Below, in pieces: positions 41,778-54,250 of a DNA stretch of 64,000 nucleotides. The notes below the pieces were generated by a model that did not search any database, was not told where the DNA came from, and saw nothing but the letters and a program-made list of their open reading frames with translations. Position 1 is the first letter of the stretch, and each line of letters starts with the position of its first letter. The stretch spans positions 7,881,744 to 7,945,743 of the forward strand of contig OZ199840.1 of the NCBI GenBank assembly GCA_964304625.1. Direction: 5' to 3'. The stretch comes from Kudoa neothunni. Its lineage: Eukaryota > Animalia > Cnidaria. A program made the position numbers and the translations under genes.

Positions 41778-43516
41778 TCAGTTGAGGGTGGAGGCCAGGA
41801 TGGCAGCTCCTGTACCTGAACCATCACGGACTAGTACAATGGAAGTCTCAACATCCGGCAAAAGTTCTTTAAGATAGCCCAAAACACAATCACGTATGTA
41901 GTGATTCTTCTGAATGACACTGCCATCAGCTGAAATGACAGCCTTTTTTCTACCCATGTATTTGATGATTGCGCTCAAACCGGAAGCAGCTATGAGAGAA
42001 ACTCTCTCACACAATGCTTTCGCCACAATGAGATCAATACAATTTTCTACGTTGAAAATTTCGCCATTTACCATATTGTTGGCTCTCCTGCGGTTACACA
42101 TTATATATAACAAAATACAACAAACACTACTCGGCTAACTCGGACAGTTGTTCTCCGGTCACATTGTCTATATCGACACCAACAGTGTATCCCAACGATT
42201 GGACTTCTTTCATGATAATCTTGTAGATGTCAACAATGTACAATCCAGATATCATCTTTTCGTAGCTGAAATAATCAATTATTATCGATTAGAAAATAAA
42301 AAGTGAATCGGGATTACATCTGTTCACCTGGGCGTATTGATTTTTCGTCAATTTCAATTTCGTACTTGTTGCGAAGATGGTGGATTTCTTTGTTGCTACC
42401 GAATGCGCCGAATTCGGTATTCAAAATCACTCCTTTGTGTGAGCTACCGTTGGTATGGGTGGAGTGTCCGTTGGCAGCAGCGGGTACAGAAACTAAATGT
42501 TCGTTCTCCTCCATGTAGCAGGCGTTGCATCCAGTGCCCATGATGAATCCAATACAGACATTGTCGTGGGTTTGTGCTCCGCATAACATGGTACCGACAG
42601 TATCATTGAGAAGGGCAACATTTTTGCATGTTAGCCCAGGTCGCTTTTTAATCGCTGTCAACAAGAGTTTGGATACATCTTGCCCCACAACTCCTTTCAC
42701 ATCGAAACCCTTTGTCCAATGGATTAAATTGCCAGATGTTAATGAGAGTTGATCGACTGGGAAGGAGAAAGTGAATCCCACTGTTTTCAAGTCCACAACT
42801 TTATCATGAATGTAATGTCTTGAGCATCTCTCCAACACACTTGCAATCAGGTCAAAAAGTTGTTCCGCGTCACCTGTAAGAATCTCCGAAGAGATACTCT
42901 CATACTCTATGTGTTTTTCCATTTGTCCGTTAGTAAACCTAAAATACAACGACAATTAATGTTTATCAATGCTTTATGTGATAAAGATAAATATCGAGTT
43001 GGTTCTCAAATCTCATAATCATTGAGATTAAACTTCACTGAGCTTTTAAAATCTGCATTACATGATGGCAAGAACTCGAAGATTGGATCCCCCTAGATCG
43101 ATCCCAAAACGTAGCCCATTCTGCTTTCTATTTGGCAGATTGTGCACATGTGTGTTGATCATTTTGAGTGTTGATGGTTTTCCCTTATGCTTGTCCCGCA
43201 TGGCCTTACCCATCCTGTCAGCAAGTTCGATTCCCTCACTCAGTGGCATTTTAATTTGTTTGATAATGTCATACAATTTTGGATACGATTCCTAAAAAAA
43301 ATAACTTATATTAGTTTTCCAATTGGATAAAATCTCAATTAGTTGTGTGTATTTGATCCAGAAAATGGATCATTATATGAGGGTAAGAGTGGTTAAATGC
43401 AAGTGAACCCCACTGACAAGCAATATAAATCATCATCAAAATAACAACATTTCAATGATTAATCTAATGTGTGGATCAAAAAAAACTACCTTTATTATTT
43501 GCTTATGTTCCGTCAT
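41778..43516 (-). CDS. HK: Hexokinase (single about 45 kDa unit), about 5 exons
   Basis: Motifs DLGGSNLRV, GFTFSFP, WTKGF, NDTVGT, IMGTGCNACY, NTEFGAFG, YEKMISGLY, ADGSV and DGSGTGAA. Exons join in frame. The first mini-exon MTEHKQIIK (43516-43490) is tentative. Confidence 0.95.
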
Positions 43517-46500
43517 AATTTCAATCCTAACTCACAAATAATCAGTTATCAGATTTTAGGTTTACGTAGGTTACCGTTTTGTAATAACGCTCGAAATCTA
43601 ACAGTCGTGCTAGGCTAACTTATTTAAACCAATTTATCGGTGTTATAATTGGGTGTTAATCAGTATGCTTGGTTGCGTGGATATACTCAAATTAAATCCT
43701 AATCTCCCGAATACAATTAAGATAGGTGAAAATAGAGTTAGAAGGTGGAATATTATTGGTTGATATTGCGAATTATATTCCTGCTACTTCTACATTAGAA
43801 CCACTGTAAATTTTACACCAATGTTTTGCATGTAATGAGGGTAAGTCTCAAAGTGCCTGGCAGTATCCCTATCACACCCTTACTCGATAATAATACTAAT
43901 TTTAAACTAATTACCGTTACCTGGTGGTGTCCTCACTTGAACTGAAATGATTGATCATTGAAGTCCCACCCAATTAATATTATATAATTACAACAACCAA
44001 TGGGTTGGTTAAAGGTGTGGGTTTTATTTCCGCTTTTTACACTTTATTTTAGTTGAGATAGATATCAATGATAGCGGTGCAACTATGTTGTTTAAATCAT
44101 CGTGTATTACTCTAAATCAACACATGTTTGATCGGTAGTATGATAGTAGATCGATTAGATCAACTTAAAAAAGTTGTCTTCCTAAGAAACATCGTATTGT
44201 TTCGCATTAATTAAAATTAATCATAATTTAATATAACATTAATTGATATTCTCAAGTGATTTTTAGAACATACTGTCGATTTTATTAATTTCAAATTAAA
44301 TTTATCCGTTAACAAATTTAAATCATCCAACATCAATGTAAAATATGAGTTATTATTTGATCGTTAATCTTACATGTCAGTGTGATAAGGAACACTTACG
44401 CCAGTTTAATCAAAGCGGTATCCGATAGATTTATTTATATTAATTGTTTAAATGCATGATATCGATCCCATATCAATATATTCTGTTCAAAATTGATAAG
44501 GATCATTTTAAGTGAGTGATAAGAATCCTTTTTCAATATAACCAGATAAAATTAGATTGTAAGAAAATTTGAGATTCTCTATTTAAAATTTGTGCGAAGA
44601 AAATGAATCAAGAACAACACATCTCATTTAAATAATTGAAATATACGCTGTATATTATTCGTAAAAATTACCTTCTATTATATTTAGGCGTAGGCTTAAT
44701 CACGACTACCTCAATTAAGTTAGGATACCAATAGCTTTATCATGACACAGCTAAGCAGATTATGTTTTGATTTATCTAGTTAATATAGTATTCAAAAACG
44801 CTTGTTAGTTATAACTTTTTAATTATCTTTTTGTTGAGTGGTCATGTTTAAAATCTAACATAGAAGTAGTTAAAATTAGCTTTAGTCCCCGTCAGATTTA
44901 CAGATTCGACCTGATTCAATGTTTCGCCGTGACAAGACACATTGTGGATCGATACAAACGCGAGGTTATTATCACGGCGCTCGTAATCCATTATAGTTTG
45001 GTTTCTCGCACATTTTACCAATAATTTTAATTTGTGATAAAAATTGTTTATTATGTAATTTTTGTTAGTTTTCTTTAAGAATTATATATAAACATATAAT
45101 TTTTGAATATCCATCATTATTAATATGAAGGAATCGTGTCACGGACTGATCTAATCCTATTTAATTACATTTGAGCTTAAATATTTTACAGTTTAAAGCA
45201 TACAAATTCGCATGAAGTGCTGCACACAGGGATTATTTTTAAAAATATGATTAATTTTTCATGGTCGTCTATTTTCTCCGTCGGTTATACATCAAAAATA
45301 ATCTTCAGTACCAAAACTATAAATACTGAACAATATTCATGGCACTAAGCGATTTCCATTTATTAAGACTGCTTATGGAAATATATGGTGCTCAATTACA
45401 CGGTTTTATTATCTCTTTATTATCCGTACTTTTTAGAAATTATGGATTTTTGGATTCTTTTGCGCTTTTTTCGATGAGTAAAATTTTTCCTAAGTTAATA
45501 TACTCTCCAAATATAGACGTGTTAATTTTATTCTATGTTGCGCGTACGCCAGGATTTTTATAGTTTGTGGTGCTAGTCCTCTTATGATGTTAACTGTCAG
45601 TAATGATCGTGAGGTGGCGTTATTTGCTGACTAATTATGAGTTTGTCTAGCGCATTACATGGTTTTTAGATGTTTTACGTACTATTATTTTATTATGAGG
45701 ACTGTTAGAATACCTATGGGATTCTATTAATACAAAATAATGACCTTTAATTATCAAGCATTAGAATCCTCAAGATAGTAGTTAATTACTTTATTATATA
45801 TATATATATATATATATCAACTATTATTATCTCGAAGAAGTTTACTGTTGTATTTTTGATCATAGTGTTATGAATAATAGTTGCAACAATCTTAACAAGG
45901 ACTTTTAATTAAAAAAAAAATCGTTGTTTTGTGGGATCTCATTTAATATAAACCCCCCTAATTCGCCTGTGCATACAGTGGATTATTGCTTTTAATATGC
46001 CGTCATGTACGAGATACGAGATTAGGTGAACAATTTATTTTTAATATATTAGTAAAACTGTAGACTCGCTCCAGATGAGATATGTCAATAAGGTTGTTTG
46101 GAGCCACTTTCAACATAAAACACTGAAAACAACCGCTAAAAATTAATAGCAACACCCTCCAGAATTACCGTTTTGTTTAATCTCATTTAAAATATCTACG
46201 AAATGACTCTCTCTTCATTCGAAAATGGAGTAAAATTCTCTCGGCGGAAGAAACGTACGTTTTTCTGAAGGTGGAGGACTAAGTGTCCATTTGAACGAAT
46301 GGAGGCTTTACTAACGTTCAGCCGTTTTGTGCGTAGAGTCGCCACCGGGTTAAATTTGATGCGCTTTTACGGTGTCAAAGTAAATTGAAGACCCGATATG
46401 AGTAAAATTACAATGAGGACAAAATTTCCTTAATAAATATTGATAATACTGAAAAGACGCAAATGATAATTATTTAAAATGCATCAAGATGTAGATGCGA

Positions 46501-46764
46501 CTATGTAAAATTTAAATACAACGGTCGCGCGTTGAATGTAAATATGTAAAATTAAAAGGAAGAGGCTAATTGACACAACCAATTTTAATCCTACGTGTTA
46601 CTGCGCTTGCGTGACGTGAAATTTTTATCTCGTAAACTCTTACTCAAAAGCTTTTTTCAAATTTTATATTTTATTATTTGCTATATTAAATAATTTCTGT
46701 CCTTAAGAATGAAGCTATGGGAAGATAATAGTTAAATATAGCAAAATCTCGTGGCATCTTTATA

Positions 46765-47027
46765 CCGGGGTTGCATTCATTTTCGTATGTTGTGACAATT
46801 AATTTCGGACTTTCGCACAATTTTTACATGCGGTAAAAAGTGACCAAATATATTGTTTTCCCTGCAGACAATGGAAAAAGATTAATCGAACAAGTCGTTA
46901 AAAAGGAGATACCTTAAGCGAAAGTAGCAGAATTTTTAATTATTCGTCCATCAACTGTAAATAGTATTGTGTAAATATACTATATCACCCTATCGGATGA
47001 AAAATCTCCGAGAGAGGGTGTTAGAAG
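46765..47027 (+). mobile_element. Truncated Tc1/IS630-like element (left TIR plus HTH remnant)
   Basis: TA|CCGGGGTTGCATTC is related to the TIR of the 47467-48795 element. HTH-like remnant IRPSTVNSIV. Confidence 0.5.
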
Positions 47028-47259
47028 TGTTGTGTCCACGACCTCGCAACACACACTTGCTGACAGCTGAAGGTTGGAAAATCGTTTCCGATTTTCTTTC
47101 TCCTCTTCTGCATAGAACCTCCGTCTTTTAGGGAACAACTAGCACACAGCACCACCTACCCACGACGGAACACTTTTCCCGGGGAACGCGGCGGCGCAGA
47201 GGGTCAAAACGGAGGCTCCATCATCTTCGTAACTTGGAACCCCTCATCCTATATCAACA
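47028..47259. mobile_element. Solo-LTR-like insertion (232 bp)
   Basis: GC-richer block bounded by inverted TGTTG...CAACA termini, interrupting a Tc1-like remnant. No clean target-site duplication. Confidence 0.4.
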
Positions 47260-47466
47260 ATAGTTAGTTTGTTTATTTATTTATTTATTTATTTATTAAT
47301 AGCATTCTCTCTTTTCGCTTTGTTATTTGGTGTTTGTTCTTGCTCTCAGACATTCTTGGCGCACAAAACAAGGAGGCTTATTTTTGACGACAAAATAAAA
47401 AGGGACCTTATTCAATTAATTAAAGACCAAAGTATGATTACAATCGTATCAACAATGAAAAAATTA

Positions 47467-48795
47467 CTGGGTTTTGCACTCGAATCCGGACAACATTTAA
47501 AATTTTTTCGGGATTTTATCAAAATTATCTTCGCAAACCGCTACACGTTGTGCCAGTATTGGTGACATAACGCCCGGCAGAATTGAATATAACAACAAAA
47601 ATTGGAAAATGGTTATCTATGTGATGATTCTAAAAGGTAAATCACAAGCCGAAACTTCTAGAGATTTAAATGTTCCACACTAGACCGTAAGTGACATAAT
47701 AAAAGCTTACGATGTCGAGGGAAGAACATTTAAAATCTCAAAGGAGGGCTCTGTCAATGTGACACTGACTGAAAATCTTAAGCAACGTCTTCTTGATCTC
47801 ATAGAAGATGATTGCACAACAACCCCACAATCTATAATCTATGCTCGAAAAGCTAGATTTGTCGGTTCATAGAACAACAGTTTGGAGATGACTCAAAGCG
47901 CTCAAAATAATTTTCAAAACGACCCGCCCTATTCCAAAAAGTAGGAATTCAGCGGAGGTAAAATCGGAGCTTAGCTTAGCTACTATGCGAGTTGTTATTA
48001 ACGGCCTTCTCTCGGTATACGCTACAAAAATTTAATTTTTGTTGACGAGAATCCCTTTTCGCTCCACATACTACGCTCTCATGGGCGTTCGCGAATGGGA
48101 ACTACACCAAACCCAGTGTGGAAAAATAGCAGGAGCAGAAATGTCACTATGATCCTCGCCATCAGTGCCATTAGCGTGGTTAGTTGTGAGGCTGTGCTTG
48201 GTGGTGTAAACCAGGTTGATTTCCAAGAATTCTTGACAAAACTCAAGAATATTCTTGGCGAAGGCAATTGCATAATAGTAATGCACAACGTGAGGTTCCA
48301 TCATACAAATTAAGGGTTCTATGGTGAAAACCCTTACGAAATCCACTATTTACCGAGGTATTCGCCATTTTTAAACCCCTTCAAAGAGGTTTTTCTCCAA
48401 ATTAAAAGTAATGTTCGCCGAAGCGGACCATTAAAAAGGGCCAATGATCTGTAGAGGAGAATGGAGAATGCCTCTCATTCTGTCACTGAAACATTTCTGA
48501 GCCGCTGTAACACGTTCTAGGATATTGGGCGTGATTAATATTATAATAATTAATATTATTTCCAACAATTTTATTTGTTTATTGTTTGAATTTTTGCGCA
48601 TAGTACTTATTTGCTAACTTTTGTACTTTTTAAAAGTAAAATTTTGTTTCCGCTAAATCACGAGTTAGGATAACAAATGAACGTTAAATTCATCGAAAAA
48701 ATTATTCAAAATATACAATTTGGTGAATCCGAATTCGATTGCAACGTTTACCGGATTTGATTGCGATTGCGTATGGATTCGATTGCAAACCCCGG
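47467..48795 (+). mobile_element. Tc1/IS630-like DNA transposon, full length (about 1.33 kb) with dead transposase
   Basis: TA flanks. TIRs CTGGGTTTTGCACTCGAATCC and (reverse complement) CCGGGGTTTGCAATCGAATCC are 18 of 21 identical. Motifs IFVDENPF, IIVMHNVRFHH and YLPRYSPFLNPFKEVFSQIK, with stops and frameshifts. Confidence 0.88.
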
Positions 48796-49089
48796 TACAT
48801 TTAAATTTCTGCCATATTATTTTTTTGAGGTGGCGTAAAGATATGAATATAACGTTGAAAGTAACACGACCAGTTCTTTTGATTATGAATTTTATCGATA
48901 AAAAGAGGGTGAGTAATGTGTGCGCCCAATAATATATACAACTGGACATCGATGCAAGGTACACAAAACTTGTATTTGTGGACGAAGGTTCTTCAATCTC
49001 CATATGCTCAGAACTCATTTAAGACCACAAAGAGGAACAGCTCCTAATATGACTACCAAATACAGTGTTTAAAGTTCAAGTTGCATCTA

Positions 49090-49330
49090 TGTCCGACCAA
49101 GATGCAAGTACATTAGAATCGGCGGAAACTCCCTCAACACTTTCTCAAACAAAAAGAAAATACAAAATAACTGACAAAACTGCGAGAAGTGTTTTTTAAG
49201 TGGTTAAAAAAAGTATTATTTTCTCGAAATCGTAGCTTATAAGTAAGTCTTCAAGGAAAAACTCACCAACAAACAAATCGCCATTTCTGTTGGAGTTCGT
49301 CCATCAACTATTGGTAGAATCCTTAAATTG
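49090..49330 (+). mobile_element. Tc1-like N-terminal HTH remnant
   Basis: KRKYKITDKTAR...LTNKQIAISVGVRPSTIGRILK resembles a transposase DNA-binding HTH. Confidence 0.4.
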
Positions 49331-50229
49331 AATAAGCTCTAAAGTAGAGGTTCCCAGCTGGGAGTAAATTTGGGTAGGTTTTGGGGTAAATTGCTGAACG
49401 GCAGTGTATATTACCGCGCTAGCGTATAATCCCATGTCAGGGTTGTCTATTGCCACGAAAACGAATTTCTCTGTAACCACGCAATATTAAACATTTCTGT
49501 TTACGTATTTGTAATAAAAACTTTTTTTACTATAAAAATTATAATTTTCATATGAATATTCATTCTCCTAATTTCTTGCGTATGCAGCATATAATCGTGT
49601 TTTTCACTCTTGTTATTGTAACAATTTGTATATTATTAAATATTTGGGATAAAATTATTCTTTTAAAACATGGATAAATAAACAATGGATATTTTAAACG
49701 AAAAATCGAATTTACAAGTCACAAATAGGGATCATACAATCATTGACTTAACTACACGTATCATAAAATGTTACGATAAATACAGATAATTATGCAAAAA
49801 GTATTCACGAATGTTGTATCTAAGTTCGCGTGAGCCGTGCTAGTGAAAAGAAACACTTTGTAACAAACAACAATAAAGATTAGACGGGTGTCAATTAGAA
49901 ATACGATGTTTATATATTACTGATGTAGTATTAGCGCCAACCGCATTATGGCGAGATATTGTGGGAATAGTGATGTTTGGAGTTTGGAGGAAAATAATGG
50001 AATTTAGAGATATGGCTCGTTTACCTTTCTGTTGAAATAGTTGAGTGTTGGAGATAGATTGAGAGATGCGTCTTTCGGTCTGGTGGGTTTGGATGGAAAT
50101 CATTTATAATGAAGTAATAGTAAGGCGGTTGCCGGGAAAGGAAATACATGGTGGGAAGTTGGTTTGATAAAAATATTATGTACATGACAACGAACAACTT
50201 AAAAACTATATTATAATTTATAATTTAAT

Positions 50230-52540
50230 GATGTAATTTTTTATTTCTTCTTTTTTCCCAATTGCAGTCACTCCATAACCTTTTGGCCTTCCCTATTGCT
50301 TTAACATTTTTGGGAAGTGTAAGATCTATAAAAATATATGATAATTCATTGAAGTTAAAAACCTAATATTCCAGTAGATATGATTGACTTGGAAGGACTG
50401 ATATCATTTTGAGGTTTAGAGTGAACATTAATTTCGTCGCCATCATTATCATTACTGAGTATCATGTATCATGGGAGGTGAAATATTTCCAGATTTTAAA
50501 TGTTCTTCAATAGGCGTAGTTTCAGCGAAGCTATTATTTACTTTAAAATGTAAATTTTAAATATTAAATTGATATATCGTTCTACGCGGCGATGCATGGT
50601 CCTCGATATCAACATACTTAGAACATCTTTCTGTACATGAAGTTATAGATTTTCCGAGCTCTAAAACTGATTCTTAATACGAATCAATTTCTTTAATCCT
50701 GTTAGATTGTGACTTCTAATGATATCTTCTGAAATTGTGAAATATTCAATGCAGAAATAAAAATATTCCCCATAATATTCGGCCGCGGAGTTGGATAATT
50801 TACCGGCATACACACTGGCAACTTTCATGCGTTTTGAAAACGTTGACAAATTTTCAGGTTTCTTTTTTTATCATTATTTCACCATGATTCATATTCTTAT
50901 TCAGCTCTATTTCTGTTTTGATGAAATTAGTGGTGTACTCCGTATTCCATCTGGAATGACATAGTTGGGGATCAAACATAGGAAGGAGAGATTTACATCT
51001 CTGGGATCGAATATGTTGACATGGTAACTCGAATGAACGATGACAAGAACACTCACAATAATTAATAGTTGAATTATAAGTATTCCCAAGATCAAATTTT
51101 AACCTCATCTTCTCTAGCTCTTCTATTATTTTATCAAGGGAAAACTAAGTCAGGGGGTTCCAATAATTTTTTTCAGTATCACTTTGAATATTAGGATTAA
51201 ATGGACGTGATAGTTTGGTGACCGTTTTACATATTCTTTCCGTTCTTAATGAATTCAAAATACTGAAGAACCTGCTAAAAAATTCATCAAACGTTGGAAA
51301 TTTGTTGAATTATTATAATAATTTTTTGCGTTGCCTAATAAAACAATCCATTGTGATCTGATCGGATCCCAATTCTTTTTAAAGTATATATTAAAATGCT
51401 CAACATTATAGCTGTAGAGTTCAGCACACATTCTCAGATAATCATTTTCACGTCTAACAAAGGCCTTATTTTTGAAAAGTTTGTAATATCAGATCTTTTA
51501 ATTCACTCGTGATATTATATCTAGAAAGCAATCGCTCCCGCTGAAAAATTTGCAAACCATGAAATTTACAGATTATTAGCTTAGCATTCGGAAAATCATT
51601 TTTCAACATTTTCCGGTGTTTTAAATCTTTATCTGTGATAATTGAAAATACCTTCTCCTTTATCGGTGGCAGAATAGATATTAACTTACTGATATGCCAA
51701 TTTAAAACAACTTCTGTTTCTTCATAAATGATAAAAACATTGCAGATATTACTCATTCCCATAGAATCTTAGTTAACTGTTAGATATAATCGAGAGTTAA
51801 AAAATCAATATTGAGTTCTTATCGTGAATCCAATAATTTATAGGCTGCATCTACTAAGAGTAGTTCTGGAAAAAACCTTTTTCATCTCCTCATCTATTAA
51901 TAGTATTGCACAAACCTGATTTGCATCTCCAGCTAGAATTCTAACGTCACAGTTATAATCTGAGGTTAAAATGTTATAAATATAGTTTATATCATTTTGC
52001 TGAAGAGATGTATTTTTTTGTATTATGTATGGACTTAAGCGTAACCATTTTATCTGTTTATCGTTGTATTTTAGACTGCAGCAGGTTTTTGTTAACACCC
52101 ATAGATATTAACTCTGATATCACTTTATCGTTGTGGCGGCAAACATTTGAAGAAAACCTGGTTTCTTCAGTGATTATGCTCTAGGGGTAAAGATTTTACT
52201 TCAAGCGTTTCACCGTCGGAGCTGACTCCTATCGTAATATGAGCCAGGCAGGTGTCTTTTAAAGTTTTATTTTCTCTAACACATTTTGATCTATTACGAG
52301 AATGGTCCTCAAAATAGCATATGTATTTTATATAGCAGTATTTTAAGTTCTCATTAATTTGTTTTGAAAAAACTCGTTTGATATTGGTAATTTTTTCGAA
52401 TCTCTTTTTATAAAGTTACATAATGATTTTTTCTCGCAATAATTTACAGATTCTTCTAGCTGATGAAATGAATTAAATTTTATACCCACTTTAAAAATAT
52501 CACACTCAACGCTGCCCTCCATTATCTCCCGCTTACGCAT
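50230..52540 (-). mobile_element. Mutator-like (MULE) transposase relic with SWIM zinc finger
   Basis: IITDKDLKHR..FPNAKLIICKFH (MULE domain), CECS....FELPCQHI (SWIM), ZSWIM3-like N-terminus FKVGIKFNSFHQLEE, and a GRPKG AT-hook-like tail. Multiple stops and frameshifts. Confidence 0.85.
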
Positions 52541-54250
52541 ATTATAATTGTCATAACAATTTTCACATAACTGAGGAAAAAATATTAATTATAATTCATA
52601 ATTATCACGATCACAGGTTTTATGAGTTTTATTTTCATAATAATTTTACACTCTTTTTCAGGGGTAGCTGCTTTAAAATACCAAAAGATATCAACTAAGA
52701 TATCATTAAACTAAAAGTTGAGAAAATAGAAATCTTTTAACAAGCAAGCAATCGTATATATATATATATACAGATCGTGTACTTATAATAGATTCGATAT
52801 AGTTAAGTCGATCTGAGGATGGATCATGGGATTAGGGCTCAAAAACGCTCCGGAAATACTCAGTTGTGACAATATAACATCAAAAATTATTTAAATGACT
52901 GATTTTTGCATATATATAAATAAACCAATATTTTAAATTTATAAGCCACCAATTATTGTTTAACCAACATAAAAGGCTGATTTTTAATGTAAAATCTATA
53001 TCGTAAATTTTGACACGAAAATCTAAAATTTAATAGAAAGAAATATGTTTAAATAATAGAAAAAAGTGTAGGTCTATGCATTCTCAGAAATGGGAGAAAT
53101 TCGTTTTCGTGGAAATAGACACTGCCTTTCAATAACGTATCCTTCACTACCGAATTTTTGCCGATTGAGGAAGTGGTTTGTAAAAATAGTTCGAATTTTA
53201 ATAAATCAATTTTTTAGAGACATGACCATTGATGAGATTGATTCAATGGTATTGTCTAAAACCAATAATACAAGATATATAAGATATTATTTGTAGTTAA
53301 TTTTCGTTTTGTTCCCTCATTATTTCTGGTAAACAAGGTTTTTTTGTTTTACACCTGTCTTATTTAATGAAGAGATTAATTAGTTAGTTTCCTTTCTCTC
53401 TCTTGTAGAGGTATACATCGTGCCGCAACCTCTACAGTTTTTACATTGTTTTGGAAGGTCGTGGACGATTTTTTTACGAGACCAAGAAGTTAAATAGAAT
53501 TTTATTAGTAATTATAAGGAAAAAAACGCATCATCCGATTTAATATCAACCACTGCCGCCTTATTTCCCGAAAACGTGCACCCTTAAGCTTAAGTGATAA
53601 AATAAAAACTTAAATCACATATATGCATAACTATATTAGATTCTAATATAATATTATATTATTATGAGCTATATATCTCGATAAAATGTTACAAAACATA
53701 TATTCGTGGAAATTTTTATTTCTGTCCTCCATTTCGTCATCATCAATCGAAAACAAAAATCTCAACGCACCTTAAAAGTTACGAGCCACACGTCACTACA
53801 AAATAATCCCTAAAAAACAACTATTTGATTTATGTAAATTTTGTTTGTATTTTTAATGGTCAAATAAATGTTTTTAAATACTCTGAGAAATAAATAACTT
53901 ATATAATCTTATGTATAAGTTAATTTTGTAACATTTTCTCAAATTACGAATCACACGTCACCCACTGTATTGTATTATCCCCTAGATCAATTTAAGATCA
54001 TTCATTCTTACGAACAATAACTTCATTCTTATCACTGCCAAGTCTCTTACTCATTATTAAAAAATACCCTAAACCAAAATTACTAAACAATATTCTAAAA
54101 AATTTAGACTGTCAATTTTTTTGGACTGGAAATTTAAATATGATATAAAATTAAGGAATTCTTGCTAATTTTTAGCCTCTCAGTGAACGAATTGCATTAA
54201 AATAAATTTCAATAAGCATCAAATGTATGTAGAGATGGAGAACATGATCA

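Noticed and set aside
41612-43295. Antisense and alternate-frame ORFs over hexokinase, and likewise over GBE1, PSMA2, AP1M and the RhoGEF
   Set aside because: They are shadows of real coding exons with no independent motifs.
49340-52870. Long TIRs for the MULE element
   Set aside because: Only a 9-bp inverted match (AATCCCATG) and vague similarity were found, which is too weak to call.
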